Positions 1 through 6,696 of a DNA stretch of 64,000 nucleotides are shown here, piece by piece. Source of the DNA: a virus; IMG/VR virus record IMGVR_UViG_3300033067_002067, positions 9,301 to 73,300 of that record; one strand, given 5' to 3'. The notes below the pieces were generated by a model that made no database searches, was not told the origin of the DNA, and saw nothing but the letters and a program-made list of their open reading frames with translations. Position 1 is the first letter of the stretch. Each line of letters opens with the position of its first letter. A program made the translations under genes and the position numbers.

Positions 1-52
1 CACCTGGCTTTCAATCAGGGTAATGCGAGTTCGAATCTCGTCCGATGCACCA
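1..52 (+). tRNA. tRNA-Glu (anticodon UUC), 5'-truncated by window edge
   Basis: anticodon stem cctgg/tcagg with loop ctttcaa; T-arm gcgag-ttcgaat-ctcgt; 3' acceptor ccgatgc then A73 and CCA. Confidence 0.65.
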
Positions 53-70
53 AATTTATGTGAGAGTAGT

Positions 71-148
71 GCTCTGGTGTAGCACAATTGGTAGTTGCGT
101 GTGGCTGTTAACCACAATGTTGTAGGTTCGAGTCCTACCTCCAGAGCT
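71..148 (+). tRNA. tRNA-Asn (anticodon GUU)
   Basis: anticodon stem tgtgg/ccaca with loop ctgttaa; T-arm gtagg-ttcgagt-cctac; acceptor pairing gctctgg/ccagagc or tctggtg/ctccaga, so the ends are ambiguous. Confidence 0.65.
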
Positions 149-162
149 CTACTCTCACGAAT

Positions 163-237
163 ACCCTGTTGGTATATGGGTTAAAACAACGGTCTGTCTA
201 ACCGTTAAAACGGGTTCGAGTCCCGTACAGGGTGCCA
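163..237 (+). tRNA. tRNA-Asp (anticodon GUC)
   Basis: acceptor accctgt/acagggt, G73, CCA encoded; anticodon stem acggt/accgt loop ctgtcta; T-arm acggg-ttcgagt-cccgt. Confidence 0.85.
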
Positions 238-254
238 ATTTATAGGATGAACAA

Positions 255-473
255 ATGAGACTTAATGTTGAATTTGTAGAGCTAGATGAAGTACCTCAAG
301 AGGGAAAAGAGTTAGCTCAGCTTTTGGTAGATGCTAATCTAGCAGAATCCAAAACAAAAGCACGCCAATCTATTAAAGATGGCGCTGTGAAAATTAACGA
401 CCGTAAGGTCACAGACGCTTTTGCGAGACTTGTTTCGCATGAGAGTCGATACTTCTTGATGCAAAAGAAGTAG
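255..473 (+). CDS. hypothetical small protein (72 aa)
   Basis: ORF in spacer between tRNA genes; no recognisable motif. Confidence 0.4.
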   Translation: MRLNVEFVELDEVPQEGKELAQLLVDANLAESKTKARQSIKDGAVKINDRKVTDAFARLVSHESRYFLMQKK

Positions 474-501
474 TGCTCTTTTGATAATTGAAACGAATAA
501 T

Positions 502-577
502 GGACCGGTAGTTCAGCGGTAGTAACAAGAGACTCTTAATCTCTGTGTCGTGGGTTCGATCCCCACCCGGTCCTCCA
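502..577 (+). tRNA. tRNA-Lys (anticodon CUU)
   Basis: acceptor ggaccgg/ccggtcc, CCA encoded; anticodon stem agaga/tctct loop ctcttaa; T-arm gtggg-ttcgatc-cccac. Confidence 0.8.
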
Positions 578-729
578 ATATTCTATTGCAGCAACACACC
601 TCTTTACTGCTATAAGAGGAACTATAAAACGACTGGGCTAGTCGTCATTGGCGTGACAGTCAATGATCTAGGATAGCAGCTAGATAGGGTTCAAATCCCA
701 ATAGTTACGTGTTGCTTCAATAGAATATT
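578..729 (+). ncRNA. structured spacer RNA between tRNA-Lys and tRNA-Gly (possible stable processed RNA or degenerate tRNA-like)
   Basis: about 20-bp long-range helix aatattctattgcagcaacac (577-597) pairing with gtgttgcttcaatagaatatt (709-729); internal hairpin gactgggctagtc; T-loop-like gggttcaaatccc; exactly fills the inter-tRNA gap. Confidence 0.4.
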
Positions 730-803
730 GCGGTATTGGCACATGGGTTGTGCTCCAGCCTTCCAAGCTGGCTAAAAGGGTTCGAGTCCCTTATACCGCT
801 CCA
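730..803 (+). tRNA. tRNA-Gly (anticodon UCC)
   Basis: acceptor gcggtat/ataccgc, CCA; D-stem gcac/gtgc; anticodon stem ccagc/gctgg loop cttccaa; T-arm aaggg-ttcgagt-ccctt. Confidence 0.85.
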
Positions 804-820
804 ATAATGCTGGTGTAAAT

Positions 821-1216
821 ATGCAAACAATTTGTCTTAATTGCAATGTTGAATTTACTTTTAACAAGTCAAGTTCAAAAGGAAAATTTTGTTCATCGAA
901 ATGCAATGGTGAATATACACAAAATCAAAATATAAAATTCTGGTTATCAGAAAAATTTATACCCAGTTCTTATATTGATAGATCTACTTTAAGAAAGTAT
1001 CTCTCAAGTACAAGAGGATATAAATGTGAAATATGTGCCTTGTCTGAATGGCAAGGCAAAAAAATTACATTAGAGGTTGATCACATTAACGGCTTGTCAA
1101 ACGACAATAGTCCTAAAAATGTTCGACTACTTTGCCCTAATTGTCACTCTCAAACACCTTTTAGAGGACAAGCAAACAAAGGAAGAGGTAGAAAATCTCT
1201 AGGTGTAAAATATTAA
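821..1216 (+). CDS. HNH homing endonuclease (paralogue 1 of 3 in tRNA island)
   Basis: N-terminal CxxC...CxxC zinc ribbon; HNH core LEVDHINGLSNDNSPKNVRLLCPNCHSQT; same architecture as the ORFs at 5419-5862(-) and 7503-7847. Confidence 0.8.
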   Translation: MQTICLNCNVEFTFNKSSSKGKFCSSKCNGEYTQNQNIKFWLSEKFIPSSYIDRSTLRKYLSSTRGYKCEICALSEWQGKKITLEVDHINGLSNDNSPKNVRLLCPNCHSQTPFRGQANKGRGRKSLGVKY

Positions 1217-1217
1217 C

Positions 1218-1291
1218 GCGGCTGTAGTATAAAGGTATTACGTGACGTTGCCAACGTTGAGAAGTCGGATCGTTACCGATCAGCCGCTCCA
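1218..1291 (+). tRNA. tRNA-Gly (anticodon GCC)
   Basis: acceptor gcggctg/cagccgc, CCA; anticodon stem tgacg/cgttg loop ttgccaa; unusual T-loop atcgtta. Confidence 0.7.
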
Positions 1292-1296
1292 AATAT

Positions 1297-1371
1297 GGGC
1301 TCATAGTGATAATGGGAGCACACCGGTTTTGCACTCCGGAAGTAAGAGTTCGATTCTCTTTGGGTCCACCA
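1297..1371 (+). tRNA. tRNA-Ala (anticodon UGC)
   Basis: acceptor gggctca/tgggtcc with two G-U pairs, A73, CCA; anticodon loop tttgcac; T-arm aagag-ttcgatt-ctctt. Confidence 0.7.
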
Positions 1372-1378
1372 TATTAAT

Positions 1379-1460
1379 GCACACGTAACCGTTCCCGGCT
1401 ACGAACCGGACAGACGTAAAAGGAGTTGTAAATGCAGGTTCGATCCCTGTCGTGTGCTCC
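1379..1460 (+). ncRNA. tRNA-like element with atypical acceptor/D region (possible pseudo-tRNA; candidate anticodon loop ctacgaa = ACG)
   Basis: good T-arm gcagg-ttcgatc-cctgt and 3' cgtgtgc-t-cca, but the 5' acceptor only pairs with a bulge; ccgg/ccgg hairpin with loop ctacgaa; no canonical D-arm. Confidence 0.35.
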
Positions 1461-1461
1461 A

Positions 1462-1538
1462 TGCTCCTGTAGCCCAATTGGCAGAGGCAACAGATTCAAA
1501 ACCTGTTTAGTGTCAGTTCGAGTCTGACTAGGAGTACC
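1462..1538 (+). tRNA. type-I tRNA with Leu-type anticodon CAA (or an expanded 9-nt anticodon loop attcaaaac)
   Basis: acceptor gctcctg/taggagt, A73, CCA; D gcc/ggc; T-arm gtcag-ttcgagt-ctgac; anticodon arm acaga-ttcaaaa-cctgt or aacag-attcaaaac-ctgtt; short variable loop. Confidence 0.55.
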
Positions 1539-1540
1539 AA

Positions 1541-1936
1541 TTAACCTTTCTCGTGATGATATCCATCAAAGCGAGAAGCAAAAGAATGAGTCTTTAATTC
1601 GTCAGGCGAATGAAAAGATTTAACTGTGGGTACAGAGCTCTTAGGAGTTCTAGAAACTGTAACGGCCATATGCTTTCCTGGTAAACCTTCGTCATGAAGT
1701 TTATCTTGAATATCAGCATGTAGTCCGTGGTCTGCATTCCAAAAGTAAGCATGCTGTTCGCCATTATCATGATGCGTTAGAATGCCACGAATGCTTTTGT
1801 GATCAGATTGATGAATCATACGCAGCATATCATTGCGCGATGGATTCTTGATAACAGTTGTCTCTGGCACTCTTGGGTAGAGTGATTTATAAGTAGCATG
1901 AAATGCTTCTTTGATGAACTGATAGAATGATATCAT
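1541..1936 (-). CDS. hypothetical His-rich protein (131 aa) inside tRNA island
   Basis: minus-strand ORF with GGAG Shine-Dalgarno 6 nt upstream of ATG (rc of 1937-1950); His-rich sequence HHDNGEQHAYFWNADHGLHAD. Confidence 0.55.
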   Translation of the reverse strand: MISFYQFIKEAFHATYKSLYPRVPETTVIKNPSRNDMLRMIHQSDHKSIRGILTHHDNGEQHAYFWNADHGLHADIQDKLHDEGLPGKHMAVTVSRTPKSSVPTVKSFHSPDELKTHSFASRFDGYHHEKG

Positions 1937-1960
1937 TGGAGCTCCTTTTAAAAGTATTTA

Positions 1961-2036
1961 GCCTACGTAGTCCAGCGGCAGAGACAGGCGACTTAAAATC
2001 GCTCCAGGGTGGGTTCGAATCCCTCGGTAGGCACCA
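1961..2036 (+). tRNA. type-I tRNA with Leu-type anticodon UAA
   Basis: acceptor gcctacg/ggtaggc (one mismatch), A73, CCA; D gtc/gac; anticodon stem ggcga/tcgct loop cttaaaa; short variable loop; T-loop ttcgaat. Confidence 0.6.
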
Positions 2037-2039
2037 ATT

Positions 2040-2151
2040 ATGCGCTTTGCAGTAGTGGTAATCTGCGGATCTCTTCGAAATCGGTCGGCGTTGTGCACGA
2101 CAAAGATATGGAACGATTGATCGGATGGTTCGAAACCATCATTGCGCTCCA
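2040..2151 (+). ncRNA. about 110-nt tRNA-like stable RNA candidate (has D-arm-like and T-arm hairpins and a ..t-cca 3' end but no canonical acceptor)
   Basis: hairpins gcag-tagtggtaat-ctgc, gtcg-gcgttgtgca-cgac, T-arm gatgg-ttcgaaa-ccatc, 3' attgcgc-t-cca; the 5' end gcgcttt pairs only 5 of 7. Confidence 0.4.
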
Positions 2152-2159
2152 AAGAATAT

Positions 2160-2236
2160 GCGACGGTCTTCTAACGGCCTAGGAAAACAGACTTTCAATC
2201 TGTGCAATGCGGGTTCGACTCCCGTCCGTCGCACCA
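2160..2236 (+). tRNA. tRNA-Glu (anticodon UUC), second copy
   Basis: acceptor gcgacgg/ccgtcgc, A73, CCA; anticodon stem acaga/tctgt loop ctttcaa; T-arm tgcggg-ttcgact-cccgt. Confidence 0.85.
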
Positions 2237-2316
2237 AATTCTCAATTGGGTTTTCCACAGCACTTGGGGCTGAGTAATATGGAGTAACAGGTAAATTTGG
2301 TTGAGAAACTTTTAAT

Positions 2317-2399
2317 GGACCGGGAACGTAAAGTCAGGCTGGGCCGACAACGGGCTTTTAATCCGTGCGTAAGGGGATCGTAACCTCCCCGGTTCTCCA
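2317..2399 (+). tRNA. tRNA-Lys-like (anticodon UUU) with extended D region; possibly a pseudogene
   Basis: acceptor ggaccgg/ccggttc, CCA; anticodon stem acggg/tccgt loop cttttaa; about 7 extra nt before the anticodon stem; T-loop atcgtaa. Confidence 0.45.
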
Positions 2400-2402
2400 A
2401 TT

Positions 2403-2483
2403 TAGTATAAGTTCGTTAGAATTTGGGCGATTAAAGTGACGTAACGGCACTAGCGCTGGTGTAACCGTCTCCGCTTATACTAA
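2403..2483 (+). other. 9-bp inverted repeat tagtataag/cttatacta enclosing a ~63-nt structured insert (unknown RNA element)
   Basis: perfect 9-bp stem flanking a GC-richer insert with internal hairpins; no TTC loop, not a tRNA. Confidence 0.3.
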
Positions 2484-2490
2484 ACAAATT

Positions 2491-2583
2491 GCTTCTATAG
2501 TGTAACGGTCAGCACACGGTCCTTATAAGGCCGCATCGCCAGATTAGCGAGTAGTCTTGGTTCGAATCCAAGTAGAAGCACCA
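2491..2583 (+). tRNA. type-II (long variable arm) tRNA with anticodon UAU; identity ambiguous
   Basis: perfect acceptor gcttcta/tagaagc, A73, CCA; D gtg/cac; anticodon stem cggtc/ggccg loop cttataa; extra arm tcgc-cagatta-gcga; T-arm cttgg-ttcgaat-ccaag. Confidence 0.6.
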
Positions 2584-2596
2584 ATATGAGGAATGA

Positions 2597-3400
2597 ATGG
2601 CTGCCATTATTCAAACCATGGTCAATTATCTTGACCCATCTGTCAAAGAACCTTTTAGGTATTGGACAAATGAAGATGGGAAGATGGTTAAGCATACAAA
2701 TATTGTTTACAAACCTCAGAGAGTAATTGTTCACAATATTAGAGAATGTTTGCTCAAGCCAGATTTGCAGAATAATGGCTTTACATATCTGAAACAAAAG
2801 ACTGCAGTAACAGATTTTTATAATGATGAACACGTTCGAGACGTATACTACAAAGAAGTAATGCAACTAGTCAAAGATATGACAGGTGCAGAAATTGTAA
2901 GCCCGTTTAAAGCAGGCTGTGGAAATATAGTAGATACTCATTGTATTAGATCTCGCAAGCAAGGATATCCAATCTTTGAAGTGCACGTTGATCAAACAAA
3001 GGAGTCAGGTGAACAGCGATTGGAACAGCTGTTTCCTGGAAAATATAAAGACAGACGCGTTCAAGTTATTAATGTGTGGAGACCAGTAAAAGGTCCACTT
3101 AATGATGTACCGCTAGCAGTTGTGGATGCTGCTACTGTAAATGATCAAACAGATTTAGCATATTCTAGCTTGAAGTATGCTGATCTCGATGGATCTACTT
3201 ACAAAGTGTATTATAATGAAGGACATGCATGGTACTACATGCCGGCTATGGAAGTAGACGATGTAATGTTGTTTAAGTGCTATGACTCGGATGAAACAAG
3301 TAAGACTAGATTTGCTCCTCATTCAGCGATTCTAGACCCAACTGTCTCAAAGTTCATCATGAGAGAAAGCATTGAAATGAGAATTTTGGCAATAATTTAA
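2597..3400 (+). CDS. hypothetical protein (267 aa); possible Fe(II)/2-oxoglutarate oxygenase-like fold
   Basis: long ORF; HVD...H...R pattern (FEVHVDQT ... NEGHAWYY ... RFAPHS) reminiscent of PhyH-like dioxygenases; weak. Confidence 0.45.
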   Translation: MAAIIQTMVNYLDPSVKEPFRYWTNEDGKMVKHTNIVYKPQRVIVHNIRECLLKPDLQNNGFTYLKQKTAVTDFYNDEHVRDVYYKEVMQLVKDMTGAEIVSPFKAGCGNIVDTHCIRSRKQGYPIFEVHVDQTKESGEQRLEQLFPGKYKDRRVQVINVWRPVKGPLNDVPLAVVDAATVNDQTDLAYSSLKYADLDGSTYKVYYNEGHAWYYMPAMEVDDVMLFKCYDSDETSKTRFAPHSAILDPTVSKFIMRESIEMRILAII

Positions 3401-3404
3401 TTGA

Positions 3405-3478
3405 TGCCCCATCGTATAATGGAAGTATACTTGGCTCTGAACCAAGTGGCGTAGGATCGATACCTGCTGGGGCTTCCA
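3405..3478 (+). tRNA. tRNA-Gln (anticodon CUG)
   Basis: acceptor tgcccca/tggggct with unpaired 1-72 (U-U); D gtat/atac; anticodon stem cttgg/ccaag loop ctctgaa; T-loop atcgata; CCA. Confidence 0.7.
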
Positions 3479-3495
3479 ATTTTAAAGAGAAGAAA

Positions 3496-3876
3496 ATGTT
3501 TGAGATTGGTGAAAAAGTTATTTGTGTAAATAACAAGCCCTGGAAACCAAATTGGGACCCGCCTTCAGGAATTGAAGAAGGTGTTGTTTATACGATTAAA
3601 GGTTTTGGATCCTGGGATATTGAAGGAGCACCAGTAACAATTGTATATCTTTATGAGGTACAAAATCCTGGTGAAGAGTACATTTTTGAAGCTGAAAGCC
3701 TAGGTTATACTTTAGAAGATTTGGAAGATATTGGATACGTTGCTGGACGCTTTAGAAAGCTGATCAAAAAGAAGCAGAGTATCGAAATCTTTCAACAGAT
3801 CAGAAAGAATGTAGAGGATAACGCCCACATCTATAGCGTAATTCCTCAAGATGAATTAGAGAAATATATGCAATAA
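3496..3876 (+). CDS. hypothetical protein (126 aa)
   Basis: ORF with upstream AG-rich SD; no motif. Confidence 0.55.
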   Translation: MFEIGEKVICVNNKPWKPNWDPPSGIEEGVVYTIKGFGSWDIEGAPVTIVYLYEVQNPGEEYIFEAESLGYTLEDLEDIGYVAGRFRKLIKKKQSIEIFQQIRKNVEDNAHIYSVIPQDELEKYMQ

Positions 3877-3877
3877 T

Positions 3878-3959
3878 GCACTTGTGGTGAAACGGTAGAC
3901 ACGTTAGTCTTAGAAACTAATGCTTCGGCGTGGGGGTTCGAGTCCCTCCAGGTGCACCA
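3878..3959 (+). tRNA. tRNA-Leu (anticodon UAG)
   Basis: acceptor gcacttg/caggtgc, A73, CCA; anticodon stem ttagt/actaa loop cttagaa; 11-nt extra arm; T-arm ggggg-ttcgagt-ccctc. Confidence 0.75.
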
Positions 3960-3966
3960 AATAAAT

Positions 3967-4042
3967 GGCCACGTAGCTCAATGGAAAGAGCAAAGAGCTT
4001 CTACCTCTTAGGTTGTGGGTTCGAGTCCTACCGTGGTCGCCA
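3967..4042 (+). tRNA. tRNA-Arg (anticodon UCU)
   Basis: acceptor ggccacg/cgtggtc, G73, CCA; D gctc/gagc; anticodon stem aagag/ctctt loop cttctac; T-arm gtggg-ttcgagt-cctac. Confidence 0.85.
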
Positions 4043-4048
4043 TTTTAT

Positions 4049-4122
4049 GCTGCTGTAGTTCAAAGGTAGAACGTCTGTTTGTGGCACAGAAGACCTAGGA
4101 TCGTTACCTAGCTGCAGTACCA
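4049..4122 (+). tRNA. tRNA-His (anticodon GUG)
   Basis: acceptor gctgctg/ctgcagt; D gttc/gaac; anticodon stem tctgt/acaga loop ttgtggc; T-loop atcgtta; no encoded G-1. Confidence 0.75.
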
Positions 4123-4128
4123 GAATAT

Positions 4129-4202
4129 GCTGAATTAGTTCAATGGTAGAACGCTAGTTTTGTAATCTAGATACAAGGGTTCGATTCCTTTATTCAGCAC
4201 CA
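4129..4202 (+). tRNA. tRNA-Thr (anticodon UGU)
   Basis: acceptor gctgaat/attcagc, A73, CCA; D gttc/gaac; anticodon loop tttgtaa; T-arm aaggg-ttcgatt-ccttt. Confidence 0.85.
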
Positions 4203-4221
4203 TTTTAATATAGGTGTAGTC

Positions 4222-4707
4222 ATGAGAAAAAAGTTAGACATCCAGAAAGTGAAAGAGTTCCTTTCTCAGCAGAGCAAGGAGTCTAAGGTATATATTGGTT
4301 GTGACTCTGTGCGTTATCGCCGTAAGGGCGAGTGGTTCGCAGACTACGCTCTAGTAATTGTTGTCCATATGGACGGCAAGCACGGTTGTAAGATCTTTGG
4401 TGAGGTTACAACTGAGAAAGATTATTCAGTTACTAAGGGTAAGAAGCCTAAGCCTTCATTCCGATTGATGAATGAGTGCTACAAGGTATCAGAGGCATAT
4501 CTTGAGTTGTACGACGTCCTTGCTGATCGCGAAGTAGAAATCCATTTGGACATCAACCCAAATCCTAAGTTCGCATCTAGCGAAGTTGTACAGCAGGCTG
4601 TTGGTTATATTCGTGGTACTTGCGATATTGATCCTAAGGTTAAGCCAGAAGCTTTCGCAGCTTCTTATGCTGCTGATAGGTTCAACGCAACGCAGCACGC
4701 AATATAA
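4222..4707 (+). CDS. DUF458/YkuK-like predicted RNase H-fold protein (161 aa)
   Basis: VYIGCDSVRYRRKGEWFADYALVIVVH pattern typical of the YkuK family; assignment from memory of the family, moderate. Confidence 0.5.
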   Translation: MRKKLDIQKVKEFLSQQSKESKVYIGCDSVRYRRKGEWFADYALVIVVHMDGKHGCKIFGEVTTEKDYSVTKGKKPKPSFRLMNECYKVSEAYLELYDVLADREVEIHLDINPNPKFASSEVVQQAVGYIRGTCDIDPKVKPEAFAASYAADRFNATQHAI

Positions 4708-4770
4708 ATAGAATACTACCTTGAACGCGTTAGTTGATAAGGTAGTTCCATCCCGCTTAGCCGTCGGGGT

Positions 4771-4778
4771 TTATAAAT
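4771..4778 (+). promoter_or_regulatory. T4-type late promoter motif TATAAATA
   Basis: exact TATAAATA about 45 nt upstream of ORF 4820; preceded by hairpin cccg-cttagccgt-cggg. Confidence 0.4.
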
Positions 4779-4819
4779 AGCGCGAAACGGAGCGGAGAGA
4801 GTCGACTGATTCGTTCTCA

Positions 4820-5101
4820 GTGCGCGTTGGTGAAGATCAAGCTAACGGCGTCAAATTCAAAGAGGGTTTAATGCAGTTCACTGTTCACAAAGGTGTTAAG
4901 TATGCTGCGGAGATCAAGCTCTCCGGTTTTGAAACTATCGCTTCCGATGACTATATTGCACAGCAATTTGAGGAAGCTGGTTTTGTTAATGTAGTAGTTC
5001 ATTCGATCAGAGATGATCTACGAATTGCGTACGGTGTCTGGAACGGAGCGGACACTTCTGCCAATCTTCCAGAACAGGTTGTATACGTTGAGGAAGCTTA
5101 A
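4820..5101 (+). CDS. hypothetical small protein (93 aa), paralogue of 5912-6148
   Basis: shares motif GF.NV.V...YA.AVWNG with ORF 5912-6148. Confidence 0.5.
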   Translation: MRVGEDQANGVKFKEGLMQFTVHKGVKYAAEIKLSGFETIASDDYIAQQFEEAGFVNVVVHSIRDDLRIAYGVWNGADTSANLPEQVVYVEEA

Positions 5102-5138
5102 GTTGATCTTCAACGCAAAGTAGACTATAAGTAATAAT

Positions 5139-5214
5139 GCTTGGTTAGCTGATGTGGTCATAGCGGTCGCCTGAAGAGCGATGGAAGCTGGTTCGATTCC
5201 GGCATCAAGCACCA
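5139..5214 (+). tRNA. tRNA-Phe (anticodon GAA)
   Basis: acceptor gcttggt/atcaagc, A73, CCA; anticodon stem gtcgc/gcgat loop ctgaaga; T-arm gctgg-ttcgatt-ccggc. Confidence 0.85.
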
Positions 5215-5220
5215 TTTTAA

Positions 5221-5298
5221 CAGGGTATAGCTCAGTCTGGTCGGAGCGCCTGGTTTGGGACCAGGAGGCCGGGGGTTCGAATCCCTCTACCTTGACCA
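5221..5298 (+). tRNA. tRNA-Pro (anticodon UGG)
   Basis: acceptor cagggta/taccttg, A73, CCA; D gctc/gagc; anticodon stem cctgg/ccagg loop tttggga; T-loop ttcgaat. Confidence 0.85.
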
Positions 5299-5304
5299 AT
5301 TTAT

Positions 5305-5378
5305 GGACCTTTGGTATATTAGTATTATACTCGCCTGATTAGCGAGGGAGCCAGGAGCGTTACCTGGAAGGTCTACCA
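5305..5378 (+). tRNA. tRNA-Ile (anticodon GAU)
   Basis: acceptor ggacctt/aaggtct, A73, CCA; D gtat/atac; anticodon stem tcgc/gcga loop ctgatta; T-arm ccagg-agcgtta-cctgg (non-canonical T-loop). Confidence 0.7.
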
Positions 5379-5387
5379 TTTTAATAT

Positions 5388-5462
5388 GGGCCGTTAGCTC
5401 AGAGGCAGAGCACTGGTGTTACATACCAGGTGTCGGGGTTTCGATATCCTCACGGCCTACCA
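5388..5462 (+). tRNA. tRNA-Val (anticodon UAC)
   Basis: acceptor gggccgt/acggcct, A73, CCA; D gctc/gagc; anticodon stem ctggt/accag loop gttacat. Confidence 0.8.
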
Positions 5463-5862
5463 ATTTACGTTGTCTGTAGCGCTTACTATAGCTGCTTCGC
5501 TTCGTATTCTTTTTATTGCGACCTGAAAATGTCTCTGTTTGAGAGTGACAATTAGGGCACAATAGACGTAAGTTAGATGGAAAGTTGTTATCAGAATTTC
5601 CATCTATATGATCAAGATGCAGAGATAGGGGCTTACTTTGCCACTCTTCAATTTGACATATAGTACATTTATTACCATACTTTTCTACTAAATATGGTTT
5701 GATAGTTTCAGGGTATCGAACTTTACCCTCTTCTATGCGCTTAAATGATTCTTGACGTTTATGAGTGCCTTGACATTTATTTGAGCAATATTTACCTTTG
5801 GTACCAGAAGTATGATGCTTCTTTTGTGTACCACATACAATGCATGTTGTAATTTTATACAT
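5419..5862 (-). CDS. HNH homing endonuclease (paralogue 2), minus strand
   Basis: CIVCG..C zinc ribbon plus HNH core LHLDHIDGNSDNNFPSNLRLLCPNCHSQT; C-terminal tail overlaps tRNA-Val on the opposite strand. Confidence 0.8.
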   Translation of the reverse strand: MYKITTCIVCGTQKKHHTSGTKGKYCSNKCQGTHKRQESFKRIEEGKVRYPETIKPYLVEKYGNKCTICQIEEWQSKPLSLHLDHIDGNSDNNFPSNLRLLCPNCHSQTETFSGRNKKNTKRSSYSKRYRQRKLVGREDIETPTPGM

Positions 5863-5911
5863 GGAGACCTCCTCTAAACATATATTTAGGTCTCCTCATT
5901 AAGAGGTACAG

Positions 5912-6148
5912 ATGGATTATACACTAACCAATGGTATCGCTTACGCTATGTTAATTACGCTTATTGGCTCCGGCACCTGGCTTACAGATGACGTAGTAGC
6001 ACAAAAGCTAATTGATATGGGATTTATAAATGTGGAAGTAACACAGCAAGATGGCAATACTCGATATGCATCAGCTGTCTGGAATGGCTCTACAGGAGCT
6101 GATCCTAATTTCTTTCCACCAGAAATTTCAGATCTTCATGAGATCTGA
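5912..6148 (+). CDS. hypothetical small protein (78 aa), paralogue of 4820-5101
   Basis: motif GFINVEVTQQDGNTRYASAVWNG parallels ORF 4820; divergent from the HNH gene. Confidence 0.5.
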   Translation: MDYTLTNGIAYAMLITLIGSGTWLTDDVVAQKLIDMGFINVEVTQQDGNTRYASAVWNGSTGADPNFFPPEISDLHEI

Positions 6149-6155
6149 TACGAAT

Positions 6156-6232
6156 TGCGGGTTGTAGCAGAGGTCAGCTAGCTAGTCTCATAAACTAGAG
6201 GTCAGGTGGTTCAATTCCCCTACCCGCTTCCA
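6156..6232 (+). tRNA. tRNA with CAU anticodon (Met, fMet or lysidine-Ile2), unpaired 1-72
   Basis: acceptor tgcgggt/acccgct with U1-U72 mismatch; D tagc/gcta; anticodon stem ctagt/actag loop ctcataa; T-loop ttcaatt; CCA. Confidence 0.7.
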
Positions 6233-6285
6233 ATAACATGTCCAGAGCCTCTGCCTTTAGTAATTTGTAGGTACGCTTTGGATTT

Positions 6286-6335
6286 ATTAGGGCTCCGTTC
6301 GGCGGTATTGAGGTTCGAATCCTTGGCCCTAGCCA
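6286..6335 (+). ncRNA. tRNA minihelix-like element (acceptor plus T-arm only); possible tRNA remnant
   Basis: ttagggc ... tgagg-ttcgaat-ccttg-gccctag-c; only about 47 nt, no D or anticodon arms. Confidence 0.3.
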
Positions 6336-6407
6336 TGCGCGGGTCGTACTAAGTTAATACGCCTTATTAAAGAAGGAGATGCTGGCTCGCATCCAGCCCT
6401 GCGCACC
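6336..6407 (+). ncRNA. short tRNA-like RNA with degenerate D and T loops (anticodon-loop attaaag)
   Basis: good acceptor gcgcggg/cctgcgc, A73, CCA and T-stem gctgg/ccagc, but T-loop ctcgcat, D-loop without GG and a 4-bp anticodon stem. Confidence 0.4.
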
Positions 6408-6413
6408 AAATTA

Positions 6414-6487
6414 TGGCCGTATAACATAGTGGTAGTGTGCGGGTCTCATAAGCCCAGAGCGCGTGTTCGATTCACGCTACGGCTACC
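6414..6487 (+). tRNA. tRNA with CAU anticodon (second copy)
   Basis: acceptor ggccgta/tacggct, A73, CCA; anticodon stem with GGG/CCC run, loop ctcataa; T-arm gcgtg-ttcgatt-cacgc. Confidence 0.75.
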
Positions 6488-6499
6488 AGTTTTACGCAT

Positions 6500-6570
6500 A
6501 CCAGTAAAGTGTTACGGTAGCACGTCGATCTCCAAAATCGAAAGCGTGGGTTCAACTCCTACTTCTGGTG
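6500..6570 (+). tRNA. tRNA-Trp (anticodon CCA)
   Basis: A1-U72 and G73 as in E. coli tRNA-Trp; acceptor accagta/ttctggt; anticodon stem tcgat/atcga loop ctccaaa; T-arm gtggg-ttcaact-cctac; no encoded CCA. Confidence 0.7.
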
Positions 6571-6584
6571 CGTAAAAATTTATG

Positions 6585-6657
6585 CAGGCGAGCGGATGGC
6601 CGTGTCGGAAACTCCAAATCTCCAGTACCGTGGGATCGTGACCCACCGCCTGTGCCA
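6585..6657 (+). ncRNA. compact tRNA-like gene (possible second CCA-anticodon tRNA or pseudogene)
   Basis: acceptor gcaggcg/cgcctgt, G73, CCA; T-arm gtggg-atcgtga-cccac; D-arm too small (4-nt loop); candidate anticodon loop ctccaaa with an A-C mismatch in the stem. Confidence 0.4.
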
Positions 6658-6696
6658 ATTTTTGATTTCTTTTGTAATGAAAGCAAAGGAGATCAA

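Noticed and set aside
1958-2866. Minus-strand ORFs 1958-2152 and 2495-2866, and also 6512-6745
   Set aside because: They lie across tRNA genes or structured RNAs on the opposite strand and have no RBS; they are ORF-finder artefacts.
6568-6696. N-terminal 43 codons of ORF-track entry 6568-7359
   Set aside because: They run through tRNA-Trp and a tRNA-like gene; a good SD precedes the internal Met, so the gene most likely starts there.
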